DNA of 59,664 nt, the filler included. It is 6 parts of 6 records of this genome, joined end to end, with 100 filler letters (N's around TTAATTAATTAA, not from the genome) between each part and the next. Parts side by side here need not be neighbours in the genome. Positions count along the whole stretch, not along the records: positions 47,395 to 53,152 come from SRR31147125_28754; positions 53,253 to 59,664 come from SRR31147125_28794; 4 more parts are not named here. The stretch is one strand, 5' to 3'. Shown piece after piece: positions 50,006-59,664 of this stretch (position 1 is the first letter of the stretch; every line of letters starts with the position of its first letter). The translations under genes were made by a program, and so were the position numbers. The notes below the pieces were generated by a model. The model was not told the DNA's origin. It made no database searches and was given only the letters and a program-made list of their open reading frames with translations.

Positions 50006-50400
50006 TGATTTGCCCTCCACACCCATAAAGCAAAAACCGCCAGCAATCCGGCGCCGAGCGCCATTTTTTGATAATCAACAGCCCCATTAGCCGTCTGAAA
50101 AGCTGTCTGTATCGCCGCCCCGGTGCGCTGAATTGCTTCACTTGCTGAATCAGACAACTGCTCACGATAACCAGCCGTTTCAAGCGCCCGGTTGTTTTCA
50201 ATCTGTGCAGCAAAACCAACAACAGTATCAAAATTATCCCCGGATTCCTCGACGGCCACCCTTGCCAACTCGAATGACCCCGGATCAATAATATTGTTAT
50301 TGTTGCCCAGATAAAGAACTGAGGAATCATCAGAAGCGCCCACGGTTGTTACATTTGTCGTACTCGTACTATTGCTTTTACTCGACCCGAAAAGACCCAT
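50002..50400 (-). CDS. virion membrane protein, C-terminal TM
   Basis: Ser/Thr-rich N-terminus GSSKSNSTSTT; C-terminal ALGAGLLAVFALWVW. Confidence 0.6.
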   Translation of the reverse strand: MGLFGSSKSNSTSTTNVTTVGASDDSSVLYLGNNNNIIDPGSFELARVAVEESGDNFDTVVGFAAQIENNRALETAGYREQLSDSASEAIQRTGAAIQTAFQTANGAVDYQKMALGAGLLAVFALWVWRANQ

Positions 50401-50402
50401 CT

Positions 50403-50603
50403 TTACACCTTCTTTCTCAGGAGCAGCAGCAACGCCACACCACCCAAAACCGCGAGCAACATTTTTGTTTCATCCGACATGCCAGAATCCCCAAAAATCA
50501 AATTACCGCCGCTTCCAAGGCCCGAAACTGATGGCAAAAAGGCTGATGATTTATCAGACAGGGAATCCATGTCCCGGCCTGCATCCCATGCAAAGCCACT
50601 CAT
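50403..50603 (-). CDS. small virion membrane protein
   Basis: C-terminal TM followed by RKK. Confidence 0.6.
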   Translation of the reverse strand: MSGFAWDAGRDMDSLSDKSSAFLPSVSGLGSGGNLIFGDSGMSDETKMLLAVLGGVALLLLLRKKV

Positions 50604-50612
50604 ATCAGCCCC

Positions 50613-50942
50613 CTATTTCAGCAGCCGAAGAACAACAATACCCAACAGGGCGCCCCCGGCCACATAGACAGCCGTTCTATTCAGCGACACCCCGAACAGG
50701 TCAAAGCTGCCGCCCGTAGGAACACCCGCTGTGACAACTTCAGCCCCAGCCGTAGCACTCCCCGCCGCCGCAGGCTGTTTTTCTACCGGGTCTTCTGAAA
50801 ACTCATTTTCAGCCCACAATTTTCCAGCGGTTCCGGCCACATCCAGCACCGTATCGCCAACACCGCCCAACCAATCCATAAAGCCGCCCGTTGAACTGTT
50901 CACATCAGATTCAGCCGCCGACCGATACACAACATCACCCAT
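50613..50942 (-). CDS. PM2 P3-like membrane protein
   Basis: SD GGAGG; directly after the MCP; C-terminal TM. Confidence 0.6.
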   Translation of the reverse strand: MGDVVYRSAAESDVNSSTGGFMDWLGGVGDTVLDVAGTAGKLWAENEFSEDPVEKQPAAAGSATAGAEVVTAGVPTGGSFDLFGVSLNRTAVYVAGGALLGIVVLRLLK

Positions 50943-50959
50943 TTTTTCTATCCTCCAAT

Positions 50960-50995
50960 TAAAAAAAGGACAGGGCATCTGCCCTGCCCCTTTTC
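50960..50995 (-). terminator. terminator after the MCP gene
   Basis: On the minus strand GGGGCAGGGCAGATGCCCTGTCC followed by T7. Confidence 0.7.
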
Positions 50996-51015
50996 AGGTT
51001 AAATTTTCCAGCGGT

Positions 51016-51822
51016 TTAAAGCTGTGAAAGTCTTGCGTAATATTCCGCAATCGTATTGACAACGCCCGTTGCTCCAACGGTCAATTCAAATTGTAGAGAC
51101 TGAGCCGTTGCATTATTGATAACCCGCTGCATGTCACCATTAACAACCGGATCATAAGCGACATGACCAGCTTGTGGCACCATGTCACGCTCTTTTTGCA
51201 GAAACTGAGCAACAGTAACCGGAACCTGATCGAAGATCGCCAGACCATTCTTTTTAACGGTCAGCTCTGAAGGCGAACCACCGAAGAAGTGAACCCGCTT
51301 GATATAGTTATCAGAACCGGGGCCATGAGGTAGAACAATCGGGAATTTACCCGTTGAAGAAAAGTTATTTCCCTGTGGGATCATGGCAAGAATCCGGCTG
51401 TTTTCAGTCAAAGTCTGCGCCTCTGAGATTTCAGCGTAACCGACCAAAGTCGGAGCCGTTGCGCCTGAGACTGTGACTTCAATGGTGAAACTTGTAACGC
51501 CGCCAGCGGTCGGAATCGCCCCGGCTTGCATCCCCTGAAGGTTTGCTGCAATCTGTGCAGTCTCCGTGAAGTCCAAAGTCAGATATGACGCATCATTTGC
51601 CACACCACGATATTTGTTGATCGTATCAAGTTGCGTTCCGGTCAGATCGTAAAAGATTTTGCCGTTCAGCTTGCAGGCAATGCGCGAGATCATAGCCTTA
51701 GTGAAAGCCGTACCGCCCAGAGATAATAGAATCCTGTGATATGTTGGCCCAAGCTCGCATTCATGAACGGCTGTGCCATCAGCGACCACATTCTGAAAAG
51801 GTAAAAGTTTTTTTGTCAGCAT
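51016..51822 (-). CDS. double-jelly-roll major capsid protein (PM2 P2-like)
   Basis: 268 aa; L.PFQNV, GPTYHRI.L, I...LNG, LTLDF, LP, IKRVH, D.V.NGD, EY align by eye with PM2 P2 as recalled. Confidence 0.87.
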   Translation of the reverse strand: MLTKKLLPFQNVVADGTAVHECELGPTYHRILLSLGGTAFTKAMISRIACKLNGKIFYDLTGTQLDTINKYRGVANDASYLTLDFTETAQIAANLQGMQAGAIPTAGGVTSFTIEVTVSGATAPTLVGYAEISEAQTLTENSRILAMIPQGNNFSSTGKFPIVLPHGPGSDNYIKRVHFFGGSPSELTVKKNGLAIFDQVPVTVAQFLQKERDMVPQAGHVAYDPVVNGDMQRVINNATAQSLQFELTVGATGVVNTIAEYYARLSQL

Positions 51823-51834
51823 ATCAGCCCCCTA

Positions 51835-51996
51835 TCAATCAACAACGTCAGCGGCTTTTTTAGCCAAATCGCCAACAGTCCCGCCGACCTGAGAGCCAGC
51901 AAAACGCAGAAGCATCCCAACACCTGTCAAGACAACACCCGTAGCCACGGCCTTAACCGCAAAGCTCTTGTCAATCGTCACACCAAAGAATTTCAT
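51835..51996 (-). CDS. small membrane protein upstream of the MCP (P7 position)
   Basis: SD AGGGAG; MKFFGVTIDKSFAVKAVATGVVLTGVGMLL. Confidence 0.6.
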   Translation of the reverse strand: MKFFGVTIDKSFAVKAVATGVVLTGVGMLLRFAGSQVGGTVGDLAKKAADVVD

Positions 51997-52051
51997 GATT
52001 TTTCTCCCTGTTTGTTTACATAATAGCGTCAATAATCTGAACAACCGATAA

Positions 52052-52086
52052 CAAAAAAACCGGGAGTCCGTCAACAGACCCCGGCC
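52052..52086 (-). terminator. terminator separating the ATPase block from the capsid block
   Basis: On the minus strand CCGGGGTCTGTTGACGGACTCCCGG followed by a T tract. Confidence 0.7.
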
Positions 52087-52101
52087 TATTGTGTCGCTGT
52101 G

Positions 52102-52284
52102 TCAACTTTGAGCGCTATTTTTTGAATCTTTCAGCATCCAGTCTCGACCAAACAGCTTGGCGCGAAACAAAAATTCCATGCTCTTTTCCAATAGTCTTTT
52201 TATCTGACTGGCCGTTAACTGGAAGCGCTTTTGATCGACCATAATTGATTGCCACACCCCGTCAGGAATGATTGAAAGCCTCAT
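52102..52284 (-). CDS. small hypothetical protein
   Basis: ATGA-coupled 60-aa ORF. Confidence 0.45.
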   Translation of the reverse strand: MRLSIIPDGVWQSIMVDQKRFQLTASQIKRLLEKSMEFLFRAKLFGRDWMLKDSKNSAQS

Positions 52285-52469
52285 TTCCCGGCCCTTATCA
52301 ATACAACGTCAGAGACTAAAATCTGTTCAGGAGTAAAAACCCCGCCCACTGATTCAGACAGGTTTTTTCGTGCAACCTCAATTGCCGTTGTCTGGTCCGA
52401 CGCATAGAGAACGAGCGACTTATAAAGCCCCCTGAATTTCATTTTTACCTCATACAGATTTTCACCCAT
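52281..52469 (-). CDS. small hypothetical protein
   Basis: TAATG-coupled to the ATPase. Confidence 0.5.
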   Translation of the reverse strand: MGENLYEVKMKFRGLYKSLVLYASDQTTAIEVARKNLSESVGGVFTPEQILVSDVVLIRAGK

Positions 52470-52991
52470 TAAAACGCCCTCCCCTTTACGACTTTTCCGA
52501 ATGATGGGACATAAATAAACTCACCCTGTTCCAGTTTCGGCACTTCTTCGATATACGGCTTTAAATCTGGAAACGACTTTGAAAGCTCTCTTGCATCCTC
52601 AACACCTTGACGAAAAATAAACAGGTTGCTGCACTGTTCCCTGATTGTCTTATCCAGCATGGCCCCACGCTGAGTGATAAAAAGCTTGATGACCAAGACC
52701 CCGATGCATTGTGGCAATTCTACGAACGGCCCCGGCATGACTGCCGACCGTTTCCCCGGATTCATCCAAAATCAAAAGACAGTCGGTTTCAGACTCAGCA
52801 ACCGCAAGAAACTGTTCAGGATCACCCGTGATAAAATCAGCGAGAAAGCCAGGATCAAGTTTAGGATCGAGAGTAAGGATTCTTTTATACTTACCTGAAT
52901 GCTTGAACTTTTCACGGATAAGGCGCTTAACTATAGCGCTTTTTCCGGTGTCAGTTTTTCCGGTGACAAGGGTATGAACGCCGCTTTTCAT
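52469..52991 (-). CDS. FtsK/HerA-type (A32/P9-like) genome packaging ATPase; frameshift near 52680
   Basis: GKTDTGKS Walker A, LLILDES Walker B, RGLG arginine finger, then ITQR..LDKTIREQC in the second frame. Confidence 0.85.
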
Positions 52992-53152
52992 CTTCGACAC
53001 CACCTTAAAAAATATCTTGTTCTAAAAATCTGTTTCATTCCAAAAACCATTTTTGGCGTGTTGTCCCACGGATGAACCCTCCAAAGCGGCCCCCACACTT
53101 TCTCAAAATTCACACCTCCATTAAGCCCCATATCTATACCTCGTGTTCTTTT

Positions 53153-53252
53153 NNNNNNNNNNNNNNNNNNNNNNNNNNNNNNNNNNNNNNNNNNNNTTAA
53201 TTAATTAANNNNNNNNNNNNNNNNNNNNNNNNNNNNNNNNNNNNNNNNNNNN
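53153..53252. other. artificial contig-joining spacer
   Basis: N run with TTAATTAATTAA. Confidence 0.98.
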
Positions 53253-53540
53253 AAAACAAGCGAAAAAAAAGAAACAGAAAAAAACAGAGCGGGAAAGATA
53301 CCCTTGGGTAAAAGTTAAGTTGTTTGTTACCGATTGGTGCCCAGCTTGCAAAAAAGCTATTGCCTTTTTCAGGAAAAAGGGAGTTCAATTGACAATCTAT
53401 GATGTGGAAAAAGACCCCAAAGCTGCAAGAAAAAGAAAAAATATCATAATTCCGGCAGCATTCCGGTTTGTGTTATTGGCAGATTTGAGACGGTCATTAT
53501 TGGCTACGATGAAAGACGTTTTCTAAAAGCCATGGAATGA
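53253..53540 (+). CDS. glutaredoxin-domain protein (5' truncated, frameshifted)
   Basis: TDWCPACKKA, YDVEKD; GSIPVCVIG..IGY in a shifted frame; end approximate. Confidence 0.7.
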
Positions 53541-53677
53541 AAAAAACGAGTAATTTTCCAATAGGTAATATTTCAACCACTCCATAATTCTTCATGATTT
53601 TCTTGTTTGCAATTTTAGCCGTCTTTGGTGTAAACTGCTTATCCGAACTTGTTCTCTGTGGCCATATTTAATTACTA

Positions 53678-54875
53678 ATGGAAAATGATATGATCCTTAA
53701 AAACGCTTTTCCCATCGTCGCGCTAATGCTGTTGACTCTCTCTGCTTTCTCTTGCTCCAGTGGTGAAAACAACGATGAAGATCCCAACAAAAACCTGCTA
53801 GGTCCGGGTGGTGGAAGCTACGAAGTAACAAACGACCTTAAACTGAAAATTCCGGCAGGAGCTGTTAGCGAAGAAGTAACACTTTCGTTTACCGAAATTT
53901 CACCTCCTGCCTCGGACACTCTTGTTTCTGTTGGAAGATTTTACAAAATCGAGCCTAGTGACGTAACATTCTCCAAAGCTGCCACTTTGACAATCAAGTA
54001 TCGCGACACTGCTATTCCCAAAGACCGCCAAGCAAACGAAATTCATATGTTTAGCAAAGAAGATGACTTATGGAGGGTTCTCGACGGTGGAGTTGACGAA
54101 GGAACATTATCCGTTCAGGGAAGCATTATCGGACTCGGAACTTTCGGTCCTGCTATGACGCCGTCCGGTAATAACAACTATAAAGGTGCAAAAATCAAAG
54201 TAGTTGAAGATCTTGATATTGGAGTCGCAGTAATTGGTCAGGGAAAATTCGGGACTTTGCATATTTCCAATGAAGGCGACAAGGATCTCGATATCAATGA
54301 AGTCATAATTACACCCAAAGAAGCTTTTTCTATTGATGGGCAGGCTCCAAGTTCAGTTGACCCAGGTAAAGTTGCCAATTTATCGATCAAATTTGTACCA
54401 ACATTTCAACAGGTTTATGATGCCAAAATGACAATAAAATCAAGCGACACCATTAATCCGAGCGTTGAAATTGCCCTTTCCGGACGAGGTTCCGGTGGTG
54501 CTACAGCAGCTATAATAGAAAACAAACTTGATTTTGCCGAAGTTAAAATAGGTTCTTACAAAGATCTGGAACTAAAAGTAACAAATATCTCCAGTGCCGG
54601 AGAAAAATTATTGATTTATAACATTGATTTAGGCACAGATGTCCCATTCACACTTGAAGAAACTACGCTTCCTGTTACCATAGACGCGGAATCCTCGCAT
54701 GTTTTCACTTTCAGGTTTATGCCGAAATCCGAAGGCTTTTGTTTCGTCTGACATCTATCTTTACATGGATGATGTTGATAATGAAAAATGGGAAATTGAG
54801 TTTTCCGGCAAAGGCGTGACGGAATTTACCGACGGTGATGAAGAAATTGAAGATGAAATAGCCGAACAGGAATAA
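53678..54875 (+). CDS. lipoprotein with ZU5-like and tandem ASH/Ig-like domains; frameshift near 54740
   Basis: Lipobox AFSC, GPGGG..LKIPAGA, I.N.G..DL.I, L.G.G repeats. Confidence 0.7.
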
Positions 54876-55033
54876 CTCCCTTTTACCACAAACTATTCCA
54901 AAGCCCCTGGAATTCCGATTTGTTGTTGTCTATTATGCTAAAAAAACACACAACAATGACAATTCTATGACAATTAATCTCCAAAATCGGATATGATAAG
55001 ACGTTTCCTTTAATGATTATCAACGAGGGCAAT

Positions 55034-56055
55034 ATGAATGAAAAAGAGAGATTTATAGCGGCTTGCAAACGGGAATCTGTGGATCGTCCACCTGTATGGG
55101 TTATGCGTCAGGCTGGCAGATATCTTCCCGAATATTTAGAGGTAAGAAAAAGCATTCATTTATAGAAGTCTGCCAAACGCCTGAACTGGCAACAGAAGTT
55201 GTCATGCAGCCATTAAGGCGTTTTCCGCTGGATGCAGCCATACTTTTTTCAGACATTCTAGTCGTTCCCGAAGCCCTCGGACTGACAGTCGATTACCCCG
55301 AAGGTGGCCCAACAATCACCCCGACCATCGACACATTGGAGGACTTGAAAAAGCTTGATTGCAATGAGCCTGTAAAAAAACTTTCCTATGTAGGGGATGC
55401 TTTGGAATCCATCAAAACAAGCATTGGACCGAGCAAAGCTCTGATCGGTTTTTGTGGTGCGCCCTACACTTTGGCGACATACATGATACAAGGCGGATCA
55501 AGCAAAAGATTCCGCAAAACAAAAAAAATGGCTTACACAAATCCGGAATTGTTTGATGGATTGCTAAACACAATCACCGATACCCTTATCGCTTACATGA
55601 AAATGCAGGTCGAAAAAGGTGCAGATGTTTTACAGATTTTCGACACCTGGGCCGGTGAACTGTCACCTATTGACTTTGAACAATTCGCACTCAAATATAC
55701 CCAAAAGCTGATTGCCAGCATTAAAGAACTCAATGTTCCAATAATATATTTTGTCAACGGGGTAGGTGGCAAACTTGACCAACTTATAACAAGCGGAGCG
55801 GATGTTTTAGGTGTCGATTTCAGAACTGATATCGGCGAAGTCTACAAGAGAACCAATGGCAAATTCGCTCTTCAGGGAAATATCGATCCCCTTTTGATGT
55901 ACGCTCCCGAAGCGAAAATCCGTGACGAAGTACGAAGAATCCATGATCGACTCGAAGGATTTGATGGTCATATTTTCAATCTTGGCCATGGTGTTTTGCC
56001 AGATACGCCAATTAGTGGTGTGTCCGCATTTATAGATGAAGTTTGCAAGCTTTGA
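55034..56055 (+). CDS. hemE: uroporphyrinogen decarboxylase; frameshift near 55148
   Basis: [38 protein letters not shown]. Confidence 0.93.
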
Positions 56056-56063
56056 GGTTATAG

Positions 56064-57467
56064 ATGAGCTATACTGAAATTATGATTCCACCAAATCCAG
56101 CCAATGTTTCCAAAAGCTTGCTGGAAAAATACAACACAAGGGCACCGAGATACACAAGTTATCCGGCTGCCCCACATTTTTCTCCAGAAATCGACAAGGA
56201 TAAGTTACTTGACAAATGGCGATCTGGAAATGCTAGTCCATCCAAACTATCCTTTTACGTCCATATTCCTTTTTGTCATAAAAGATGCTTTTTCTGCGGA
56301 TGTTTTACAACTATTTCCAAAAATCCGGAAATAGCCGACCCTTATCTCGAAGACTTGAAACGAGAACATGAAGTTATTAGTGGTATCATCGATCCGGACA
56401 GGGAAATCGAGCAGCTTGCTCTTGGTGGCGGAACTCCAAACTTTCTGACTCCAGATCGTTTCGATAAAATGATGAAGGACATGAAAAGCATCTGGAAGTT
56501 TTCCGATACTGCCGAATGTTCCGTTGAGCTTGATCCAAGAACAATTACAGAAGAACATCTCGATGTTATGCTCGAACATGGGTTCAATCGTTTTTCCTTG
56601 GGTGTGCAGGATTTTGATGAAAAAGTCCTTGAGATCGTACACAGACAGCAAAGCATCGATCACATTTTGTTTATTGTCAATAAGCTGAGAAGTTCAGGTA
56701 AAAATGCAATTAACTTCGACCTTATCTACGGCTTACCCGGTCAGACAGAAGAAAGTATGAAAAATACGATAAAGAGAGTGAATGATATTTCACCATCTCG
56801 CATAGCATTATATAGCTACGCTCATGTGCCGTGGATGAAAAAACATCAGACTATCCTTGAAAAACATCCAATGCCCGATGCCGATCAAAAGCTCGCTTTA
56901 TTTGGATTGGCTTATGAGAATTTAACCAAAGATGGTTATGTTCCGGTTGGTATGGATCACTTCGCTAAAAAAGATGATGAACTGGTAGCCGCCTTATCGC
57001 AAAAAACACTGCACAGAAATTTTATGGGTTACACAACCAGACGAGGACTGGATCAGGTTGCATATGGAGTTTCCGGAATTTCATCAGTTGCAAATACGTA
57101 TTCTCAAAACTCGAAAGACTTTGATAATTATTCCAATACTCTAAAGAATGGACAACCAGCAATCGAAAGAGGATTCATTCTAAGTAAAGACGATGTAACA
57201 CGAAGAAACCTTATTATCGATTTGTTTTGTAATTTTCACTTGAACACACTGCAATTCGGCAAGCGTTTCGATATTGATTTCTCTACTTATTTTGATGATG
57301 AGCTTAAAAGGCTAGAACCTCTTCAGGATGATGGAATAGTAGAACTTAACGAAAACAGCATTGATGTAACACCACTTGGCAGAGCTTTTATCAGAAACGT
57401 CTGCATGGTATTCGACAAATATCTGGAGCAAAGCCCCGAACAAAGGATGTATTCAAAAACGGTATAA
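56064..57467 (+). CDS. hemN: oxygen-independent coproporphyrinogen III oxidase
   Basis: PRYTSYP, HIPFC...CFFCGC radical SAM motif, GGGTP, HRNFMGY. Confidence 0.95.
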   Translation: MSYTEIMIPPNPANVSKSLLEKYNTRAPRYTSYPAAPHFSPEIDKDKLLDKWRSGNASPSKLSFYVHIPFCHKRCFFCGCFTTISKNPEIADPYLEDLKREHEVISGIIDPDREIEQLALGGGTPNFLTPDRFDKMMKDMKSIWKFSDTAECSVELDPRTITEEHLDVMLEHGFNRFSLGVQDFDEKVLEIVHRQQSIDHILFIVNKLRSSGKNAINFDLIYGLPGQTEESMKNTIKRVNDISPSRIALYSYAHVPWMKKHQTILEKHPMPDADQKLALFGLAYENLTKDGYVPVGMDHFAKKDDELVAALSQKTLHRNFMGYTTRRGLDQVAYGVSGISSVANTYSQNSKDFDNYSNTLKNGQPAIERGFILSKDDVTRRNLIIDLFCNFHLNTLQFGKRFDIDFSTYFDDELKRLEPLQDDGIVELNENSIDVTPLGRAFIRNVCMVFDKYLEQSPEQRMYSKTV

Positions 57468-57468
57468 G

Positions 57469-58427
57469 ATGAGCGATTTTTCAAAGGAAAAAATCGGGGT
57501 CGTGTTATTGAACATGGGTGGCCCCAAAACTCTTGATGACATCGAAAGCTTTTTATATGAGCTATTCATCGATCAAATCAAAATACCGTTTATGCCTCTT
57601 AGGAAATTCGTTGCAAAAAGAATCGCAAAAAAAGAACTCCGAAGGTAATGCCTCGCTATCAGACAATCGGAGGTGGTTCGCCTATTTTAGAAGAAACAGA
57701 AGCTCAGGCAAAGAAACTCTCGCAAAGTCTTTCGGAAAAAGAATGGCCGGTTTTTATCGCTATGCGATACACAAGCCCTAGAGCTTCAGAGACTATAAAC
57801 GAAATGAAAAAACAAGGGATCACAATTGCCGTTTTGTTGCCCTTGTATCCTCAATATTGCTCAGCGACTTCTTTCTCCAGTCTTAACGAATTTGAAAACG
57901 AAGGAAAAAAACAAGGCATAAAAGCTATTTCCATATCAAATGGTTATCCGGCATTGCCGGGTTTTATAGATCCGATGGCTGATGAAATAATAGAACTTCT
58001 TGATAAACTTAAAAATCCGGTTGTATTGTTCAGTGCGCACGGTGTACCTGAAAAAATGATAAAAAACGGTGATCCATACGCAGTTGATGTTGAGAAAACA
58101 GTTCATGCGATAGTGGAAAAACTACCAAAGGATACAAAATACAAGCTCGCTTTTCAGTCTCGATTAGGTCCTGTCAAATGGCTTGAACCATATCTCGACG
58201 AAACTGTTATTAAACTTGCCAAAAGTGGAGTAAAAGAGTTAATCGTTGTACCGATAAGTTTTGTGTGTGAGCATATTGAAACTTTGCACGAACTTGATAT
58301 CGAGCTTAAAGAGTTGGCAATTGAAAACGGTATCGAACAATATCACAGAATAAGCACTGTGAGAGAAGACCAAAGGTTTATCGATGATCTGGCGATAATG
58401 GTCACAAAGACTATCGAAGCCGGTTAA
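57469..58427 (+). CDS. hemH: ferrochelatase; frameshift near 57630
   Basis: LLNMGGP, IGGGSP, LYPQY, FSAHG, QSRLGPVKWLEP, EHIETLHELD. Confidence 0.93.
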
Positions 58428-58446
58428 TGTATAGAAAGGTATTGGC

Positions 58447-59664
58447 ATGAAAAATGTGATAGTAATCGGCGGAGGAATCGCTGGTTTAACAGCCGGATGG
58501 ATGCTTCAAAGAGCAAGTAAAGATGTGCTTGTAATTGAAGCTGCCAATAAAGCCGGTGGCAACATGTGTACTGACAACTCGGACGGATACACATATGAAA
58601 TGGGACCGCATACTTTTTTGCCTTCTGCCGATGCTATCTGGGATCTGATAAACGCTCTCGATATGAACGATGAAGTTGTAAACGCGGATGCTTGCGCCAA
58701 TACCCGTTTTGTTTATCGCAACGATAAATTGCATAAACTGCCGCTTGGACCAATGTCTTTTATGTCAACTGGCATTTTGAGTTTTTCAGGTAAGCTTAGA
58801 CTGATGATGGAACCTTTTATTAAAGCAAAAGCTTCGGATACGGATACTGCCTTCGAATTTTTTGCAAGGCGACTGGGAAAAGAAGCGACAACCTGGCTTG
58901 TTTCACCTTTTATCTCAGGAATCTACGCTGGTGATCCAAACCAGCTTGGTGCCAGAGATGCTTTTACCAAAATGTGGACTTGGGAAAAACAGGCTGGTGG
59001 CATGATAAGCGGTGCCAGAAAATATATGAAATCAAGAAGAAAATCGCATCCGGCAACTGCCGCAAGAAAAGGCTTATACACTTTTAAAGGTGGACTTGGT
59101 AACATTACCGATAAACTAGCAAACAATCTAGGTGCGCATCTAAACACAAGCGAACAAGTAAGAGTCATTCAAAAAGCCAAATACGGGTGGGATGTGGAAA
59201 CCGATGTTGCCACTTATCGCACAAGAAACATCCTTATGGCAATTCCACCTAAACATGCTTCAAGGCTTTTGACTCCAACATCCGAAAAAGCAGGGAAACT
59301 GCTTGATTCAATAGAACTTGCTCCCGTTGCTGTTGTTCACTTGGGTGTTTGTGGAGAAGAAGCTAATGCTATTCCTGACGGGTTTGGTTTTTTAGTGCCG
59401 AGAAATCAAGGTGTGCGCACTCTTGGTTGCATTTTTGCTTCTAAAATGTTCCCGGATAGAGCACCGGATGGATGTGAATTGTTAACTTGCTATGTTGGCG
59501 GAGTGTTCGATAAAAACGCCGTCAATGAAAGCAATGAAAAATTGCTCGAAGATGTTTTGGATGATTTACACAAGTTGCTGGGACAAAAGTTCTCGCCGTC
59601 ATTCGCCGGAATTTTAAGACATCCAATGGCCATCCCACAATTGACTTTGGGACATAGAGAAAAA
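58447..59664 (+). CDS. hemG: FAD-dependent protoporphyrinogen/coproporphyrinogen oxidase (HemG/HemY type), 3' truncated
   Basis: IGGGIAGL, EMGPHTF, SGIYAGDP, GFGFLVP; frame open to the window end. Confidence 0.9.
   Translation, partial: MKNVIVIGGGIAGLTAGWMLQRASKDVLVIEAANKAGGNMCTDNSDGYTYEMGPHTFLPSADAIWDLINALDMNDEVVNADACANTRFVYRNDKLHKLPLGPMSFMSTGILSFSGKLRLMMEPFIKAKASDTDTAFEFFARRLGKEATTWLVSPFISGIYAGDPNQLGARDAFTKMWTWEKQAGGMISGARKYMKSRRKSHPATAARKGLYTFKGGLGNITDKLANNLGAHLNTSEQVRVIQKAKYGWDVETDVATYRTRNILMAIPPKHASRLLTPTSEKAGKLLDSIELAPVAVVHLGVCGEEANAIPDGFGFLVPRNQGVRTLGCIFASKMFPDRAPDGCELLTCYVGGVFDKNAVNESNEKLLEDVLDDLHKLLGQKFSPSFAGILRHPMAIPQLTLGHREK

Larger units (their letters stand above)
47395..53152 (-). 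mobile_element. PM2/corticovirus-like double-jelly-roll virus or provirus (partial)
   Basis: Packaging ATPase, small TM protein, DJR MCP, several TM proteins, penton-like gene, SLT, holin-like genes and spike, all co-oriented. Confidence 0.85.

Noticed and set aside
2240-57650. Many split genes (yeeE, tauB, CE15, serine hydrolase, scaffold, capsid, TipJ, primase, packaging ATPase, hemE, hemH) as pseudogenes or programmed frameshifts
   Set aside because: Breaks are single-base indels, nearly all in homopolymers, and occur in all contigs including essential genes, consistent with sequencing error

Overview
The window is not one locus. It is six unrelated contigs joined by 100-nt N spacers that carry a TTAATTAATTAA all-frame stop linker. 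(1) 1-10175: AT-rich anaerobe DNA (Fusobacteriota or Bacillota-like, by inference) with a sulfur/persulfide cluster: CoA-disulfide reductase-rhodanese, YeeE/YedE, a Tau-like ABC transporter and a rhodanese-CsoR/CstR fusion. It also has CsoR-type operators and a 55-bp hairpin tandem repeat. (2) 10276-16079: secreted hydrolases, including a CE15-nitrilase fusion, a Tat-exported SGNH-like protein and a serine hydrolase fusion. (3) 16180-40459: GC-rich temperate siphovirus running from SSB to integrase. It carries a MuF-metallopeptidase toxin/immunity pair, Mor-type promoters, a C39 endolysin and a fully nested spanin-like gene pair. (4) 40560-47294: a phage-satellite-like element with AlpA, a primase-helicase, an iteron origin and a 138-nt rod-like hairpin. 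(5) 47395-53152: a tailless PM2/corticovirus-like double-jelly-roll virus module with packaging ATPase, MCP, membrane proteins, transglycosylase and a signal-peptide-bearing beta-helix spike. (6) 53253-59664: heme biosynthesis genes hemE-hemN-hemH-hemG. Many genes are split by 1-nt indels in homopolymers, most likely sequencing errors. All product calls come from motif recognition; no database searches were run.
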